DNA from: Candidatus Eiseniibacteriota bacterium
GTDB taxonomy: Bacteria > Eisenbacteria > RBG-16-71-46
Direction of reading: 5' to 3'
Assembly: GCA_963725865.1 (NCBI GenBank)
Contig: CAVSAC010000012.1
Coordinates: forward strand, 1,280,001-1,344,000
DNA length: 64,000 nt
Shown here piece by piece: positions 9,149 through 21,147 of this stretch; position 1 is the stretch's first letter; each line of letters begins with the position of its first letter. The notes below the pieces were generated by a model, which ran no database searches, was not told the DNA's origin, and saw only the letters and a list, made by a program, of their open reading frames with translations. Both the position numbers and the translations under genes were made by a program.

Positions 9149-10786
9149 CTACTGCGGGATGGGTGCGCACTCGAGGCGCACCAGCGATCCCTCCTTCTCC
9201 ACCAGGTACTCGAGCTGCCCATCGGCCCGGAAGGCAAGCCCCCAGAGACGATCGAACTCCGGACCCGGGTGCCCGTCCGCGACCACGAGCTGCTTCGTGC
9301 CCCGAGTGGCGCGATAGGCGATCCGTTTGCCATCGGGGCTGAAGACCGGACTTTCCGCCTCGTCGAACTCCGGTCCCACCTGGCCGTCCACGACCACGAG
9401 CTGCTTCGCGCCCCGGGTGGCGCGGTAGGCGACCTGATCGCCATCGGGACTGAAGACCGGGCTACCCGACGCGATGCCGTCGAACTCGGGCCCCGGCTTC
9501 CCGTCCACCACCATGAGCTGCGTCTTGCCCCGTCCGGCGCGATACGCGATTCGTTTCCCATCGGGACTGAAGACCGGGCTATCCGACGCGATTCCGTCGT
9601 ACTCCGGTCCCGCCGTCGCGTCTTCCACCACCAACTGGTGATTGCCCTGCTGGGCAACATAGGCGACATGCTCCCCATCGGGGCTGAAGGCCAGACTCGA
9701 CTGCGCGAAGCCGTCGAACTGCGGCCCCACGACTCCGTCCACCACCACCACCGACTTCTGCCCTTGGTAGGCGCCGTAGGAGATTCGCTTCCCATCGGGA
9801 CTGAAGACCAACCTGGCCGCCATGATGCCGTCGAACTCGGGCCCCGGCTTCCCGTCCACCACAACGAGCTGCTTCTTGTCTCGTCCGGCACCGTAAGCGA
9901 TTCGCTCGCCATCGGGGCTGAAGACCGGGCTCCCCACCGTGATGCCGTCGAACTCCGGTCCCACGGTGTCGTCCACAACGACCACCCATTTTCCGCCTCG
10001 TTGGGCTCCGTAGGCGATTCGTTTGCCGCCGGGGCTGAAGACCGGATTGTCCCCCTCCAGGATGCTGTCGAACTCCGGTCCCGCGGTCCCGTCCACCACC
10101 ACCACGCGCTTCTTGCCCTGTACGGCGCAGTAGGCGATGCGCTGGCCATCCGAGCTGAAGATCGGACCCGCCCCAGCGAGGCCATCGAACTCTGGGCCCG
10201 CCTGCCCATCCACCACGACGACCCATTTCTTGCCCTGTCGGGCGCCGTAGGCGATGCGCTTGCCATCGGGGCTGAAGGTCTGACCGCCCAGACCGATCTC
10301 TTCGAACGTCGGTCCCGCAGTCCCGTCGACCACGACGAGCGACTTCTTGCCTTGTTGGGCTCCGTAGGCGATTCGCTTGCCATCTCGGCTGAAGACCGGT
10401 CCATCCTTCAGGATGTTGTCGAACTCGGGGCCTGCTTGGCCATCGAGGATGACCTGGCACTTCTTGTTCCTGTTTAGCGCCGCGTAGGCCACATGGGAAC
10501 CGTCAGGGCTGAAGACCGGGAGGCCGACGGAGTAGCACTTGGGCCCCGATTGGCCATCCAGGAACACCGCCTGGTACACCAGATTGGGACGCGCCACCCA
10601 GGCGACATGGCAGCCCAACGGGCTCGCCTTCGAGATCGCCTTTCCCGGGATCGGGTGGGGGCGCGCGCCCAGCACCGTCTCACGGCATCCCGCTGGCTGT
10701 GCGGACTCGCCTTGTGCCGTCGCCGAAGCCAAGAAGAGCCACGAAACGGCGGTCGCAAGCACCGCCCTACTCCCCAAGCTTCGCAT
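9149..10786 (-). CDS. secreted TolB/PD40-like repeat beta-propeller protein
   Basis: Signal peptide followed by about 12-13 repeats of 37-40 aa (VVVDG..GPEFDGI....PVFSPDGKRIAY); GGAGG RBS. Confidence 0.85.
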   Translation of the reverse strand: MRSLGSRAVLATAVSWLFLASATAQGESAQPAGCRETVLGARPHPIPGKAISKASPLGCHVAWVARPNLVYQAVFLDGQSGPKCYSVGLPVFSPDGSHVAYAALNRNKKCQVILDGQAGPEFDNILKDGPVFSRDGKRIAYGAQQGKKSLVVVDGTAGPTFEEIGLGGQTFSPDGKRIAYGARQGKKWVVVVDGQAGPEFDGLAGAGPIFSSDGQRIAYCAVQGKKRVVVVDGTAGPEFDSILEGDNPVFSPGGKRIAYGAQRGGKWVVVVDDTVGPEFDGITVGSPVFSPDGERIAYGAGRDKKQLVVVDGKPGPEFDGIMAARLVFSPDGKRISYGAYQGQKSVVVVDGVVGPQFDGFAQSSLAFSPDGEHVAYVAQQGNHQLVVEDATAGPEYDGIASDSPVFSPDGKRIAYRAGRGKTQLMVVDGKPGPEFDGIASGSPVFSPDGDQVAYRATRGAKQLVVVDGQVGPEFDEAESPVFSPDGKRIAYRATRGTKQLVVADGHPGPEFDRLWGLAFRADGQLEYLVEKEGSLVRLECAPIPQ

Positions 10787-10894
10787 TGTCGTCCTCCATT
10801 GAGCCGAAAGCCGAGTCTCCTCGCGACGTCGAGGCGATGAACGCCATCGGGAGGCTAACTCCGTGTCGTCCGTCGCGCCATGGCGTTCTCCCGT

Positions 10895-11755
<861 letters not shown>

Positions 11756-11985
11756 CGTTCCTCCATCAAGCGTGATTGCTGGCACAGCTCAATCGTTGAG
11801 TTACAACTTCCAACATCAGGGCCCCGGGTGACTACTCACCCCCTGTCAACAACCTCCTGAGACTCCACAGCTAGACGCGCCTTCAAAGGGCGATGACAGA
11901 GGCGCTTTGGACCGCAGCTTTCACTGCAAGGGGCTCGCCCGAATCCCTGCCCTCCGACGGCCCACAGAAGCGTTGCCCCGGTTGG

Positions 11986-12029
11986 TTGACGCGGGTTCTC
12001 CACTCATCTACAGTTCGCCATGTGACGAA
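11986..12029 (+). promoter_or_regulatory. ars operon promoter with probable ArsR operator
   Basis: TTGACG-N17-TACAGT followed directly by the inverted repeat TTCG-N8-CGAA and an AGGAGG RBS. Confidence 0.75.
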
Positions 12030-12051
12030 ACATAGGAGGGAGCCCAAAACC

Positions 12052-12456
12052 ATGCGTGATCTCGAACTCGTCCTCAAAGCCGCCGGTGACCCGACGCGCA
12101 CGCGCATCCTCAAGCTGCTCGAAGGCGGCGGACTCTGCGTCTGCCAGGTGCAGGTTGTACTCGGCCTCGCGCCATCCACCGTCTCCAAACACCTCTCGAT
12201 CCTCAAGACGGCGGGGCTGGTCGAAGACCGGCGCGACGGCAAGTGGATCGAGTATGCGCTGGTCTCGGGAGAACGGAACCCCTACGCCAAACACGTGTTG
12301 GCGATGCTCCGTGGGCCGCTCGATCGCGACCCCGCTGTCGTCGCCGACCGGAGGCGGCTTCGGGAGATCAAGAAGATCCCGCTGGTCGAACTCTGCAACA
12401 TCACGCCTGCCCGACCGGCCACGCCATCCGCGACGGCTCGGCAGGCTCGAGTCTGA
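12052..12456 (+). CDS. arsR: ArsR/SmtB metalloregulator
   Basis: KAAGDPTRTRIL...LCVC...STVSKHLSILK.AGLV...R.GKW. Confidence 0.92.
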   Translation: MRDLELVLKAAGDPTRTRILKLLEGGGLCVCQVQVVLGLAPSTVSKHLSILKTAGLVEDRRDGKWIEYALVSGERNPYAKHVLAMLRGPLDRDPAVVADRRRLREIKKIPLVELCNITPARPATPSATARQARV

Positions 12457-12470
12457 AGGGAGCCGCGATC

Positions 12471-12898
12471 ATGCCTGAAGGCACTCCTTCCCTGCTCTTC
12501 GTCTGCATCGAGAACTCGAACCGCTCGCAGATGGCCGAGGGCTTCGCGCGCGCGCTCGGCGGCGGCCGCGTCGTCGCGTTCAGTGCCGGATCGCGGCCTT
12601 CGGGTGTCATCAATCACCGCGCAATCCAGTTCATGAAGGAGAAGGGCATCGACCTCACGGTGCAGCTTTCGAAGGGCGTGGATGACCTGCCCCAGCTCAA
12701 ATGGGACTACATCGTGACGATGGGTTGTGGCGATGCGTGTCCATTCCTTCCGGCGCGGCATCGCCTCGACTGGGACCTTCAGGATCCGAAGCACCTGGAT
12801 GACGACGGATTCAGGACCGTGCGCGACCGGATCGAGGCGCTCGTGAAGGACCTCATCGTGGAAGCGACGCGACCGGAGGTGTCGCGGGGAGGGCAGGG

Positions 12899-12902
<4 letters not shown>
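12471..12902 (+). CDS. arsC: arsenate reductase, LMW-PTP family
   Basis: LFVCIENSNRSQMAEG P-loop; MGCGDACP; WDLQDP. Confidence 0.9.
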
Positions 12903-14001
<1,099 letters not shown>

Positions 14002-14005
<4 letters not shown>

Positions 14006-15249
14006 GTACCGCCCTCCCCATCCGCCCAGTTGGCAACGAGGCGCGGGTGCCCTCGCGCAAACGCGACCTGAGTGAGCTGAAGATTCTCGGTGCCTTCATC
14101 GCGGTGTTCCTGCTCGCATGGCTGCTTCCGTACGAGAATCTGCGACTGCAGGGCGCCCTCATCGAGTCGCTGGCCATGACGCAGGACTACGCCCGCCAGC
14201 ACGTGCTGCTTTGCCTGATTCCCGCCTTCTTCATCGCCGGTGCGATCGGCGTGTTCGTGAGCCAGGCCTCGGTCATCCGCTACCTGGGCCCCGCGGCGCC
14301 GCGCTGGATCGCGTACCCGGTCGCCGCGGTCTCCGGGACCATCCTCGCCGTGTGCTCCTGCACGGTGCTGCCGCTATTCACCGGCATTCACCGGCGCGGC
14401 GCCGGCCTGGGTCCCGCGATCGCCTTCCTCTACTCGGGACCGGCGATCAACGTGCTCGCGATCATCCTGACAGCGCGCGTGCTCGGTATCGAGCTCGGGA
14501 TCGCGCGTGCCGTGATGTCCATCGTCTTCTCGGTCGCGATCGGCCTCGTCATGCACTGGCTCTACCGCAAGGAGGAGGCGAAGCGCGCGGCTCTGGCGCT
14601 GGCGATGCCGGAGCCCGAGATCCCGCGACGGTCGCTCGGCCAGACAGGCGTCTACTTCGCGCTGATGGTCGGCATCCTGGTGTTCGCCAACTGGAGTTCC
14701 CCAGCGCAGGCCGGCCCCGGCGCGTGGGCGGCCATTCACGGCGCGAAGTGGTGGATCACGGGCGCCCTGCTGCTCGGGCTCGCCGTCGTCCTCGTGCGCT
14801 GGTTCGACCGCCAGGAACTCTCCGAGTGGGTCGCGTCCACCTGGGACTTCGCCAAGCAGATCCTGCCGCTGCTGCTCGGCGGCGTCCTCGTCGCGGGGCT
14901 GCTGCTGGGCCGGCCGGGGCACGAGGGCCTGATCCCCTCGGCCTGGGTGGCGCAGGCCGTGGGCGGCAACTCGCTGCTGGCGAACCTCCTCTCTTCGGTG
15001 ATCGGCGCGTTCATGTATTTCGCGACGCTGACCGAGGTGCCGATCCTGCAGGGCCTGATCGGCTCCGGCATGGGCAAGGGCCCCGCCCTCGCGCTGCTGC
15101 TCGCCGGCCCGGCGCTCTCGCTCCCCTCGATGCTCGTGATCCGCAGCGTGCTCGGCACGCGCAAGACGGTGGTCTTCGTGACCCTCGTCGTCCTGTTCTC
15201 AACGCTCAGCGGCCTGCTGTTCGGCCTCCTGCCGGACGCCAGGCCGTAG
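14002..15249 (+). CDS. ArsP/DUF318-family permease
   Basis: HVLLCLIPAFFIAGAI, LAVCSCTVLP, YSGPAIN, YFATLTEVPI and GPALSLP; ATGA overlap with acr3. Confidence 0.9.
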
Positions 15250-15262
15250 ATAGGAGTCGCTC

Positions 15263-15496
15263 ATGACCAAGATTCAGGTTCTCGGCCCCGGCTGCGCTAA
15301 GTGCAAGGTGCTGGCCGAGCACGCCGAGCAGGCCGCGAAGGAACTCGGCCTCGCTTACGAGATCGAGAAGGTCACCGACATCGACACGATCCTGGCCTTC
15401 GGAGTGATGATGACGCCGGCCCTGGTCGTGGACGGCAAGGTCAAGCTCGCGGGCCGCGTGCCAACGACCGCACAGCTCAAGGAGGTGCTGTCGTGA
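15263..15496 (+). CDS. small redox-active disulfide (thioredoxin-like) protein
   Basis: IQVLGPGCAKC...GVMMTPALVVDG; AGGAG RBS. Confidence 0.9.
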   Translation: MTKIQVLGPGCAKCKVLAEHAEQAAKELGLAYEIEKVTDIDTILAFGVMMTPALVVDGKVKLAGRVPTTAQLKEVLS

Positions 15497-15963
15497 GGCG
15501 CCTCCTGCTGGTTCTGCTGGTGCTGGGAGTCGTCGTGGCGAGCGGAGCCCCTCTCGCGTGGGCCGAGCCGACCAAGGACGGCGCCGCCGAGAAACCAACC
15601 CTCGTGACGCCGAGCGTCCACCCGCGCCGCGTCATCGCCTACTACTTCCACACCACGTATCGCTGCGCTTCGTGCCGGGCCATCGAGGCCTACTCGCGCG
15701 AGGCGATCGAGAGCGCATTTGCCGCTGAGATCAAGGACGGCCGCCTCGTCTGGAAGACGGTCAATATCGAGGTCAAGGGCAACGAGCACTTCGTCAAGGA
15801 CTACAAGCTCTACACGAAGTCGCTGGTCCTGGTGAACGAGGTCCGCGGCAAGCCCACCGAGTGGAAGAACCTCGAGAAGGTGTGGCAGCTCCTGCAGGAC
15901 AAGGACAAGTTCCTGCGCTATGTCCAGGATGAGGCTCGGGTGTATCTGACGGCGCGCTCATGA
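15493..15963 (+). CDS. exported thioredoxin-fold protein, ArsF-like
   Basis: GTGA overlap start; signal peptide; YYFHTTYRCASCRAIE motif. Confidence 0.75.
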   Translation: MRRLLLVLLVLGVVVASGAPLAWAEPTKDGAAEKPTLVTPSVHPRRVIAYYFHTTYRCASCRAIEAYSREAIESAFAAEIKDGRLVWKTVNIEVKGNEHFVKDYKLYTKSLVLVNEVRGKPTEWKNLEKVWQLLQDKDKFLRYVQDEARVYLTARS

Positions 15964-16652
15964 TCGAGGCGTTCGCAGGCCTGGCCTCGGCGCTCTGGCT
16001 CGGGATCCTGACCTCGATCAGCCCCTGCCCCCTGGCGTCCAACATCGCCGCCGTCTCGTACGTGGGGCGCCATGTCGGTGCTCCGCATCGCGTGATCCTG
16101 GCGGGTGTGGCGTACTCGGTGGGCCGGGCGCTGACGTACGTGGTGATCGCCGCGATCGTGGTGACCAGTATTCTTTCGGTGCCGAGCGTCTCGTTCTTCC
16201 TCCAACAGCGGATGAACCAGGTGCTGGGTCCGTTGCTGATCGCCGTGGGCCTGCTGATGCTCGGCTGGCTGCGACTGCCGTGGTTCAACGGCCCGGGGGC
16301 CGGAGCGCTGGCACAGCGGCTGGCGGGAGCCGGCATCCCGGGGGCAGGCGGGCTCGGCGTGATCTTCGCTCTCTCGTTCTGCCCGGTCTCGGCGGGGCTC
16401 TTCTTCGGCGGGCTGCTGCCGCTGGCGACGGGCACGGGCTCGCGCTTCGTCCTACCCGCGGTCTACGGCCTCGGCACGGGGCTGCCAGTCATCGTGCTGG
16501 CCGCGCTGCTTGCGCTGGGCGCCGGCGGGATCGCCCGTGCGTTCCAGGCGCTGACCCGGTTCGAGCGCGTCGCCACCCGGATCACGGGCGTGGTGTTCGT
16601 ACTGGCGGGGATCTACCTGGTCCTCACCCACATCGTCGGACTCTCGATCTGA
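15960..16652 (+). CDS. CcdA/DsbD-like membrane protein, ArsG-like permease
   Basis: ISPCPLASN and LSFCPVSA motifs; about 6 TM segments. Confidence 0.8.
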   Translation: MIEAFAGLASALWLGILTSISPCPLASNIAAVSYVGRHVGAPHRVILAGVAYSVGRALTYVVIAAIVVTSILSVPSVSFFLQQRMNQVLGPLLIAVGLLMLGWLRLPWFNGPGAGALAQRLAGAGIPGAGGLGVIFALSFCPVSAGLFFGGLLPLATGTGSRFVLPAVYGLGTGLPVIVLAALLALGAGGIARAFQALTRFERVATRITGVVFVLAGIYLVLTHIVGLSI

Positions 16653-16667
16653 CGAGGGGGAGATGTC

Positions 16668-17318
16668 ATGGCCAAGGATCTGAGCACTGTTGCGTGGCAC
16701 GGCGTGCCGCGCAAAGACGTTGCGTGGTACCCGACCGTCGACGCGGAGAAGTGCATTGGCTGTCAGCTCTGTTTCGTGACCTGTGGCCGGGAGGTCTACG
16801 AGATCGGGCCGGCTCCCGACTACGAATCGAGCGTGGCCCGCCCCTTCAACTGCATGGTCGGCTGTTCGACCTGTGCGGTCGTCTGCCCGTCGGACGCGAT
16901 CAGCTTCCCGTCTCGTGAGATCGTCCGCCGCGCGGAGCACGAGTACAACGTCCTGAATATCGTCAGGAAGGAAGCCCAGGAGAAGCGCGACAAGTCCGCG
17001 GCTCTCGAGTCGCGCAACCGGGCAGAGGCGAGCCTGGGCGCGATCCGCAACCGCGCCCAGGTGCGCATCGCCGGACTGTTCGGAGACAAGCGGCTCCTGG
17101 TCCAGTTCGAGGATGTCATCCGCGACCGGGCCTGCGACATCGTGAACCTGCGGCTCGAGGTGCCCACGCTCAAGGGACTGCTCCAGGGGGCTCCCGGACA
17201 TCTGACCTGCGAGGTCTGGATGGAAGGCGCGATCGATGTGGCTCCCGTCCTGGCAGAGATCAAGCAGCTCGTGCAGCGCGAGGGGCTCGTTTGGATCGAG
17301 GATCCTCATGTTGGTTGA
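16668..17318 (+). CDS. 2x[4Fe-4S] ferredoxin with C-terminal extension
   Basis: CIGCQLCFVTC and CMVGCSTCAVVCP motifs. Confidence 0.85.
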   Translation: MAKDLSTVAWHGVPRKDVAWYPTVDAEKCIGCQLCFVTCGREVYEIGPAPDYESSVARPFNCMVGCSTCAVVCPSDAISFPSREIVRRAEHEYNVLNIVRKEAQEKRDKSAALESRNRAEASLGAIRNRAQVRIAGLFGDKRLLVQFEDVIRDRACDIVNLRLEVPTLKGLLQGAPGHLTCEVWMEGAIDVAPVLAEIKQLVQREGLVWIEDPHVG

Positions 17319-17332
17319 AGGGCCTGGTTCTC

Positions 17333-18304
17333 GTGGCGCATGACCACCCGCATCCGCCGGCGGAAGACGGCGTCCGCACCGCTTTCCTCGTCGCGGTCGG
17401 ACTCAACGTCGCCTTTGTCGTCTTCGAGGTCGTGTTCGGGATCAGGTCCGGCTCTCTCGCGCTGCTCTCGGATGCTGGTCACAACCTCGGTGACGTGCTC
17501 GGCCTGGTGCTCGCCTGGGGGGCCATTCTCCTCGCCCGGCGCGCCCCCAGCGCGCGGCGCACCTATGGCCTGCGCCGATCCACGATTCTGGCAGCGCTGA
17601 TCAACGCGGTCGTACTGCTGATCGCCGTCGGCGCGGTCGCGCTGGAGGCGGTGCAGCGCCTCCGCCATCCGTCCCAGGTGGCTGGGCCCACGGTCATCGC
17701 GGTGGCCTCCCTCGGCATCCTCGTCAACGGCGTCAGCGCCTGGTTCCTGGCGAGGGGTCGTCAGGGCGACCTGAACGTACGCGCTGCCGTCCAGCACCTC
17801 GTCGCCGACACGGCCGTGTCCTTCGGGGTGGTGCTCGCCGGCGTCGCGCTGGTCTACACCCACTGGCTGTGGTTGGACCCCCTCGTCAGTCTGCTGGTCA
17901 GCGCACTCATCGTGGCTGGCACCTGGAAGATCCTGCGCGAGTCGCTCGACCTGGCGATGGACGCGGTACCGGAGGGCATCGATCCTGCAGCGGTCCGCAC
18001 CTATCTCGAGGCGCTGCCCGGCGTCGTGGACGTCCATGACCTCCACATCTGGGCCATGAGCACCACGGAGACTGCGCTCACGGCGCACCTGGTCACGGAG
18101 CGGGCGACGATCGACGACAGCCTCACCCCGAACATCGCCCACGACCTCTCCCAGCGCTTCGGGATCGTGCATCCCACGATCCAGTGGGAGTGCGCGGACT
18201 GCATTCCGCCTTGCGAGCAAGGGCGTGCCGCCATTCCAGCACAAGTGGAGGAGGCCATGGCAATCGCCTCCGAGCGACACCCTCCTGCGGATGTTCGAGA
18301 ATGA
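17333..18304 (+). CDS. cation diffusion facilitator (CzcD/ZitB-like)
   Basis: SLALLSDAGHNLGD, HLVAD and DVHDLHIW motifs. Confidence 0.92.
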   Translation: MAHDHPHPPAEDGVRTAFLVAVGLNVAFVVFEVVFGIRSGSLALLSDAGHNLGDVLGLVLAWGAILLARRAPSARRTYGLRRSTILAALINAVVLLIAVGAVALEAVQRLRHPSQVAGPTVIAVASLGILVNGVSAWFLARGRQGDLNVRAAVQHLVADTAVSFGVVLAGVALVYTHWLWLDPLVSLLVSALIVAGTWKILRESLDLAMDAVPEGIDPAAVRTYLEALPGVVDVHDLHIWAMSTTETALTAHLVTERATIDDSLTPNIAHDLSQRFGIVHPTIQWECADCIPPCEQGRAAIPAQVEEAMAIASERHPPADVRE

Positions 18305-18330
18305 GGCCACCCTTTGAGGAGGAACAACGG

Positions 18331-18951
18331 ATGCCCACGCTTGAAGTGTTCGATCCACCGATGTGCTGCAGCACCGGCGTCTGCGGGCCTGAGCCAGATG
18401 CGAGTCTGACCACCTTTGCAGCGGACCTGAACTGGCTGAAGGGACAGGGGGTGCAGGTGCGCCGGTACAACCTCGCGCAGGAGCCGGCTCGCTTCACCGC
18501 CAATCCGCGAGTCAAGCAAGTGGTGGACGCGCTGGGTGTCGAGGGCCTGCCCGTCGTGGTCATCGACGGCCGTATGGTCAGCCAGGGCGAGTACCCCTCA
18601 CGCGCGCAACTGCTCGAGATGACCAACTTGGGCGGGTCGGGTGCGACGCAGGCAGCAGATCCCGACCGGGTGCCCGACCAGCCACCACTCTTCAACGAGT
18701 CGATCGCCGAGTTGGTCGCCCTGGGTGCCTCGATCGCCTCCAACTGCGACCCGTGCTTTCGCTATCACCACCGCAGAGCCGTCGAGCTGGGCATCTCCAA
18801 AGAAGACATGGTCCAGGCCGTGAACGTGGCGCTGCGGGTCAAGGAACAGCCGGCGCAGGCGATGGTGCGCCTGGCCCAGAAGCTCCTACTGCCCGAATCC
18901 ACCCAGACTGGCGGCTGCTGTGGCGGAGGAGACGGAGACAACTGCTGCTGA
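18331..18951 (+). CDS. arsD: arsenite metallochaperone ArsD fused to a CMD/AhpD-like domain
   Basis: FDPPMCCSTGVCG...RRYNLAQEP...YPSR, then ELVALGASIASNCDPCFRYH and a CC...CC tail; GAGGAGG RBS. Confidence 0.88.
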   Translation: MPTLEVFDPPMCCSTGVCGPEPDASLTTFAADLNWLKGQGVQVRRYNLAQEPARFTANPRVKQVVDALGVEGLPVVVIDGRMVSQGEYPSRAQLLEMTNLGGSGATQAADPDRVPDQPPLFNESIAELVALGASIASNCDPCFRYHHRRAVELGISKEDMVQAVNVALRVKEQPAQAMVRLAQKLLLPESTQTGGCCGGGDGDNCC

Positions 18952-19007
18952 ACCGGTCTCCCATCGAGGAGAGCGGCCAACTTCTTGTAGAGACGGGAGT
19001 ACACATC

Positions 19008-20780
19008 ATGCCTTGGTACGAACAGCCCACTCGGTACCTCTTCTTCACCGGCAAGGGCGGCGTCGGCAAGACATCCCTCGCCTGCGCGACGGCGGTGAAG
19101 CTCGCCGGCCAGGGCAAGCGGGTGCTCCTGGTCAGCACCGACCCGGCCTCGAACTTGGCTCACGTCTTCGAGACGGAGATCGGCGAACAGACGCCGACAC
19201 CGATCCCGGATGTGGCCAACCTGTTCGCGCTGAACATCGACCCCGAGGCTGCGGCACAGGCTTACCGCGATCGGATCGTGGGCCCGGTGCGCGGGACCCT
19301 GCCGGACAAGGTCCTGCGCCAGATGGAGGAGCAGCTTTCAGGCGCCTGCACGACCGAGATCGCGGCCTTTGATGAGTTCACCGCGCTCCTCACCGACGAG
19401 CGGGAGACCTCAGGCTACGACCACATCGTGTTCGATACCGCGCCGACCGGCCACACCCTGCGACTGCTCAGCCTGCCAAGCGCATGGTCGACCTTCCTGG
19501 AAGCGGGTCAGGGCGACACGTCGTGCCTCGGTCCGCTGTCGGGGCTCAGCAGGCAACGCGAGCAATACAGGGCGGCGGTGAATGCGCTGGCCGACGGTGC
19601 GAGCACGACGATGGTGCTGGTCAGCCGTCCCGACAAGGCCGCGTTGGACGAGGCCGCCCGCACCAGCACCGAGCTGACGGCGCTCGGGGTGAGGACACAG
19701 CGCCTGGTCGTCAACGGCTTGATGCCCCGAACAGCGAGCACCGATCCGTTGGCTCGCGCGATGGCGCAGCGGGACAGTCGGGCGTTGGAGGGCATGCCGG
19801 AGGCCCTGCGGGACATGCCTACCGATCAAGTGTTCCTGCAGCCCTTCAACATGGTCGGCGCCAAGGCCCTGCGCTCTCTGCTCGATACTCCGAGCGGAGA
19901 GACTCAGAGCATCGACTCCACGCTGGGCCTCCCATCGCTCGACCTTCCCAGCCTGGGCGACCTCGTCGACGACATCGAGGCCGATGGCAACGGTCTCGTG
20001 ATGGTGCTGGGCAAGGGTGGAGTCGGCAAGACGACGATTGCAGCGGCGGTCGCAGTGGAACTGGCCTCGCGCGGCCACGACGTCCACCTGACCACGACCG
20101 ACCCGGCAGCGCACCTGGCATCGACGCTCGAGTCGCAGGTCGATCACCTTGAGGTGAGCCGGATCGATCCCCAGGTTGAAATCGCGCGCTACCGGCAAGG
20201 CGTCCTGGAGACCAAGGGCAAAGACCTCGACGCCCAGGGGCGGGCGATGCTGGAGGAGGACCTGCGTTCGCCGTGCACGGAAGAGATCGCCGTCTTCCAG
20301 GCGTTCTCCAAGGTCATCCGCGAGGCCCGACGCAGGTTCGTCGTCGTGGACACCGCCCCGACGGGCCACACCCTGCTGCTGATCGATGCGACTGGGTCGT
20401 ACCATCGCGACGTCATGCGGCACGTGAAGCAGGGCACCAAGTTCGTCACGCCGATGATGATGCTGCAGGACCCGGCGCAGACCAAGATGCTGATCGTCAC
20501 GCTGCCGGAGACGACACCAGTCCTGGAGGCCGCCGCGCTGCAGGAGGACCTTCGGCGCGCGAAGATCGAGCCGTGGGCGTGGGTCGTCAACGCATCGCTG
20601 GCCGCCGCGGGCCCAACGGACTTGCTGCTCGTGGCGAGGGCACGGTCGGAGCAACCGCGAATCGAACAGGTCCAGGCCGAGTTGGCGCAGCGGATCGCAC
20701 TGGTGCCGTGGCTCGCCGATGAGCCGGTGGGGCCCGTGCGGTTGCGCCAGCTCACGAGGGGCAGGCAGCGGGCGACCTAG
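19008..20780 (+). CDS. arsA: arsenical pump-driving ATPase
   Basis: Two GKGGVGKT and two DTAPTGHT motifs; metal-site cysteines in GACTTE, SCLGP and SPCTEE. Confidence 0.97.
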   Translation: MPWYEQPTRYLFFTGKGGVGKTSLACATAVKLAGQGKRVLLVSTDPASNLAHVFETEIGEQTPTPIPDVANLFALNIDPEAAAQAYRDRIVGPVRGTLPDKVLRQMEEQLSGACTTEIAAFDEFTALLTDERETSGYDHIVFDTAPTGHTLRLLSLPSAWSTFLEAGQGDTSCLGPLSGLSRQREQYRAAVNALADGASTTMVLVSRPDKAALDEAARTSTELTALGVRTQRLVVNGLMPRTASTDPLARAMAQRDSRALEGMPEALRDMPTDQVFLQPFNMVGAKALRSLLDTPSGETQSIDSTLGLPSLDLPSLGDLVDDIEADGNGLVMVLGKGGVGKTTIAAAVAVELASRGHDVHLTTTDPAAHLASTLESQVDHLEVSRIDPQVEIARYRQGVLETKGKDLDAQGRAMLEEDLRSPCTEEIAVFQAFSKVIREARRRFVVVDTAPTGHTLLLIDATGSYHRDVMRHVKQGTKFVTPMMMLQDPAQTKMLIVTLPETTPVLEAAALQEDLRRAKIEPWAWVVNASLAAAGPTDLLLVARARSEQPRIEQVQAELAQRIALVPWLADEPVGPVRLRQLTRGRQRAT

Positions 20781-20887
20781 CAAGCCGAGCGCCCGCCGAA
20801 GCTATTGAGATGGGGCTCTGGTCGCCGATTGGTCGCCGGTTCAAAGTCCACTCCTGTCCTTTCCTGTCCCTTCGTGACTACATGACG

Positions 20888-20923
20888 AGCCCCGCTCGCG
20901 GTGCTAACCGCAAGCGGGGCTTT
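20888..20923. terminator. GC-rich hairpin near the end of island 1
   Basis: AGCCCCGCTCGCGG-N6-CCGCAAGCGGGGCT then TT; lies downstream of arsA (+) and downstream of the displaced tRNA 5' half (-). Confidence 0.5.
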
Positions 20924-20969
20924 GCGCGACAAAGACTTCGGCGAGCGAGCCGACAAATGGCCGTTGGGA

Positions 20970-21009
20970 TTAGGAAACCGCTACTCTATCCGTCTGAGCT
21001 ACGGGGCCA
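20970..21009 (-). repeat. att site: displaced 5' half of tRNA-Arg (copy 2)
   Basis: 39/40 identity to 8220-8259; identity stops at the 3' edge of the anticodon loop. Confidence 0.95.
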
Positions 21010-21018
21010 TGCGGCAAG

Positions 21019-21047
21019 AAGATAGCGCAGGATGCGTGGGCGTCCAA
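21019..21047 (-). promoter_or_regulatory. sigma70-like promoter in front of the tRNA 5' fragment
   Basis: TTGGAC-N17-TATCTT with the -10 element ending 10 nt before tRNA position 1. Confidence 0.7.
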
Positions 21048-21147
21048 TCGTCGGGGCAGCGGTCTATTGCCTGCACTGCCAAACCGACGGGCGAGGCGAG
21101 GTGCAGGCGACGCACTTGAGCCTAGGGGGCCCTCGCCGCGAGAAGAG

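Noticed and set aside
9149..10560. CRISPR-like or noncoding tandem array
   Set aside because: Units are 111-120 bp, in frame and vary at codon level; they are protein repeats.
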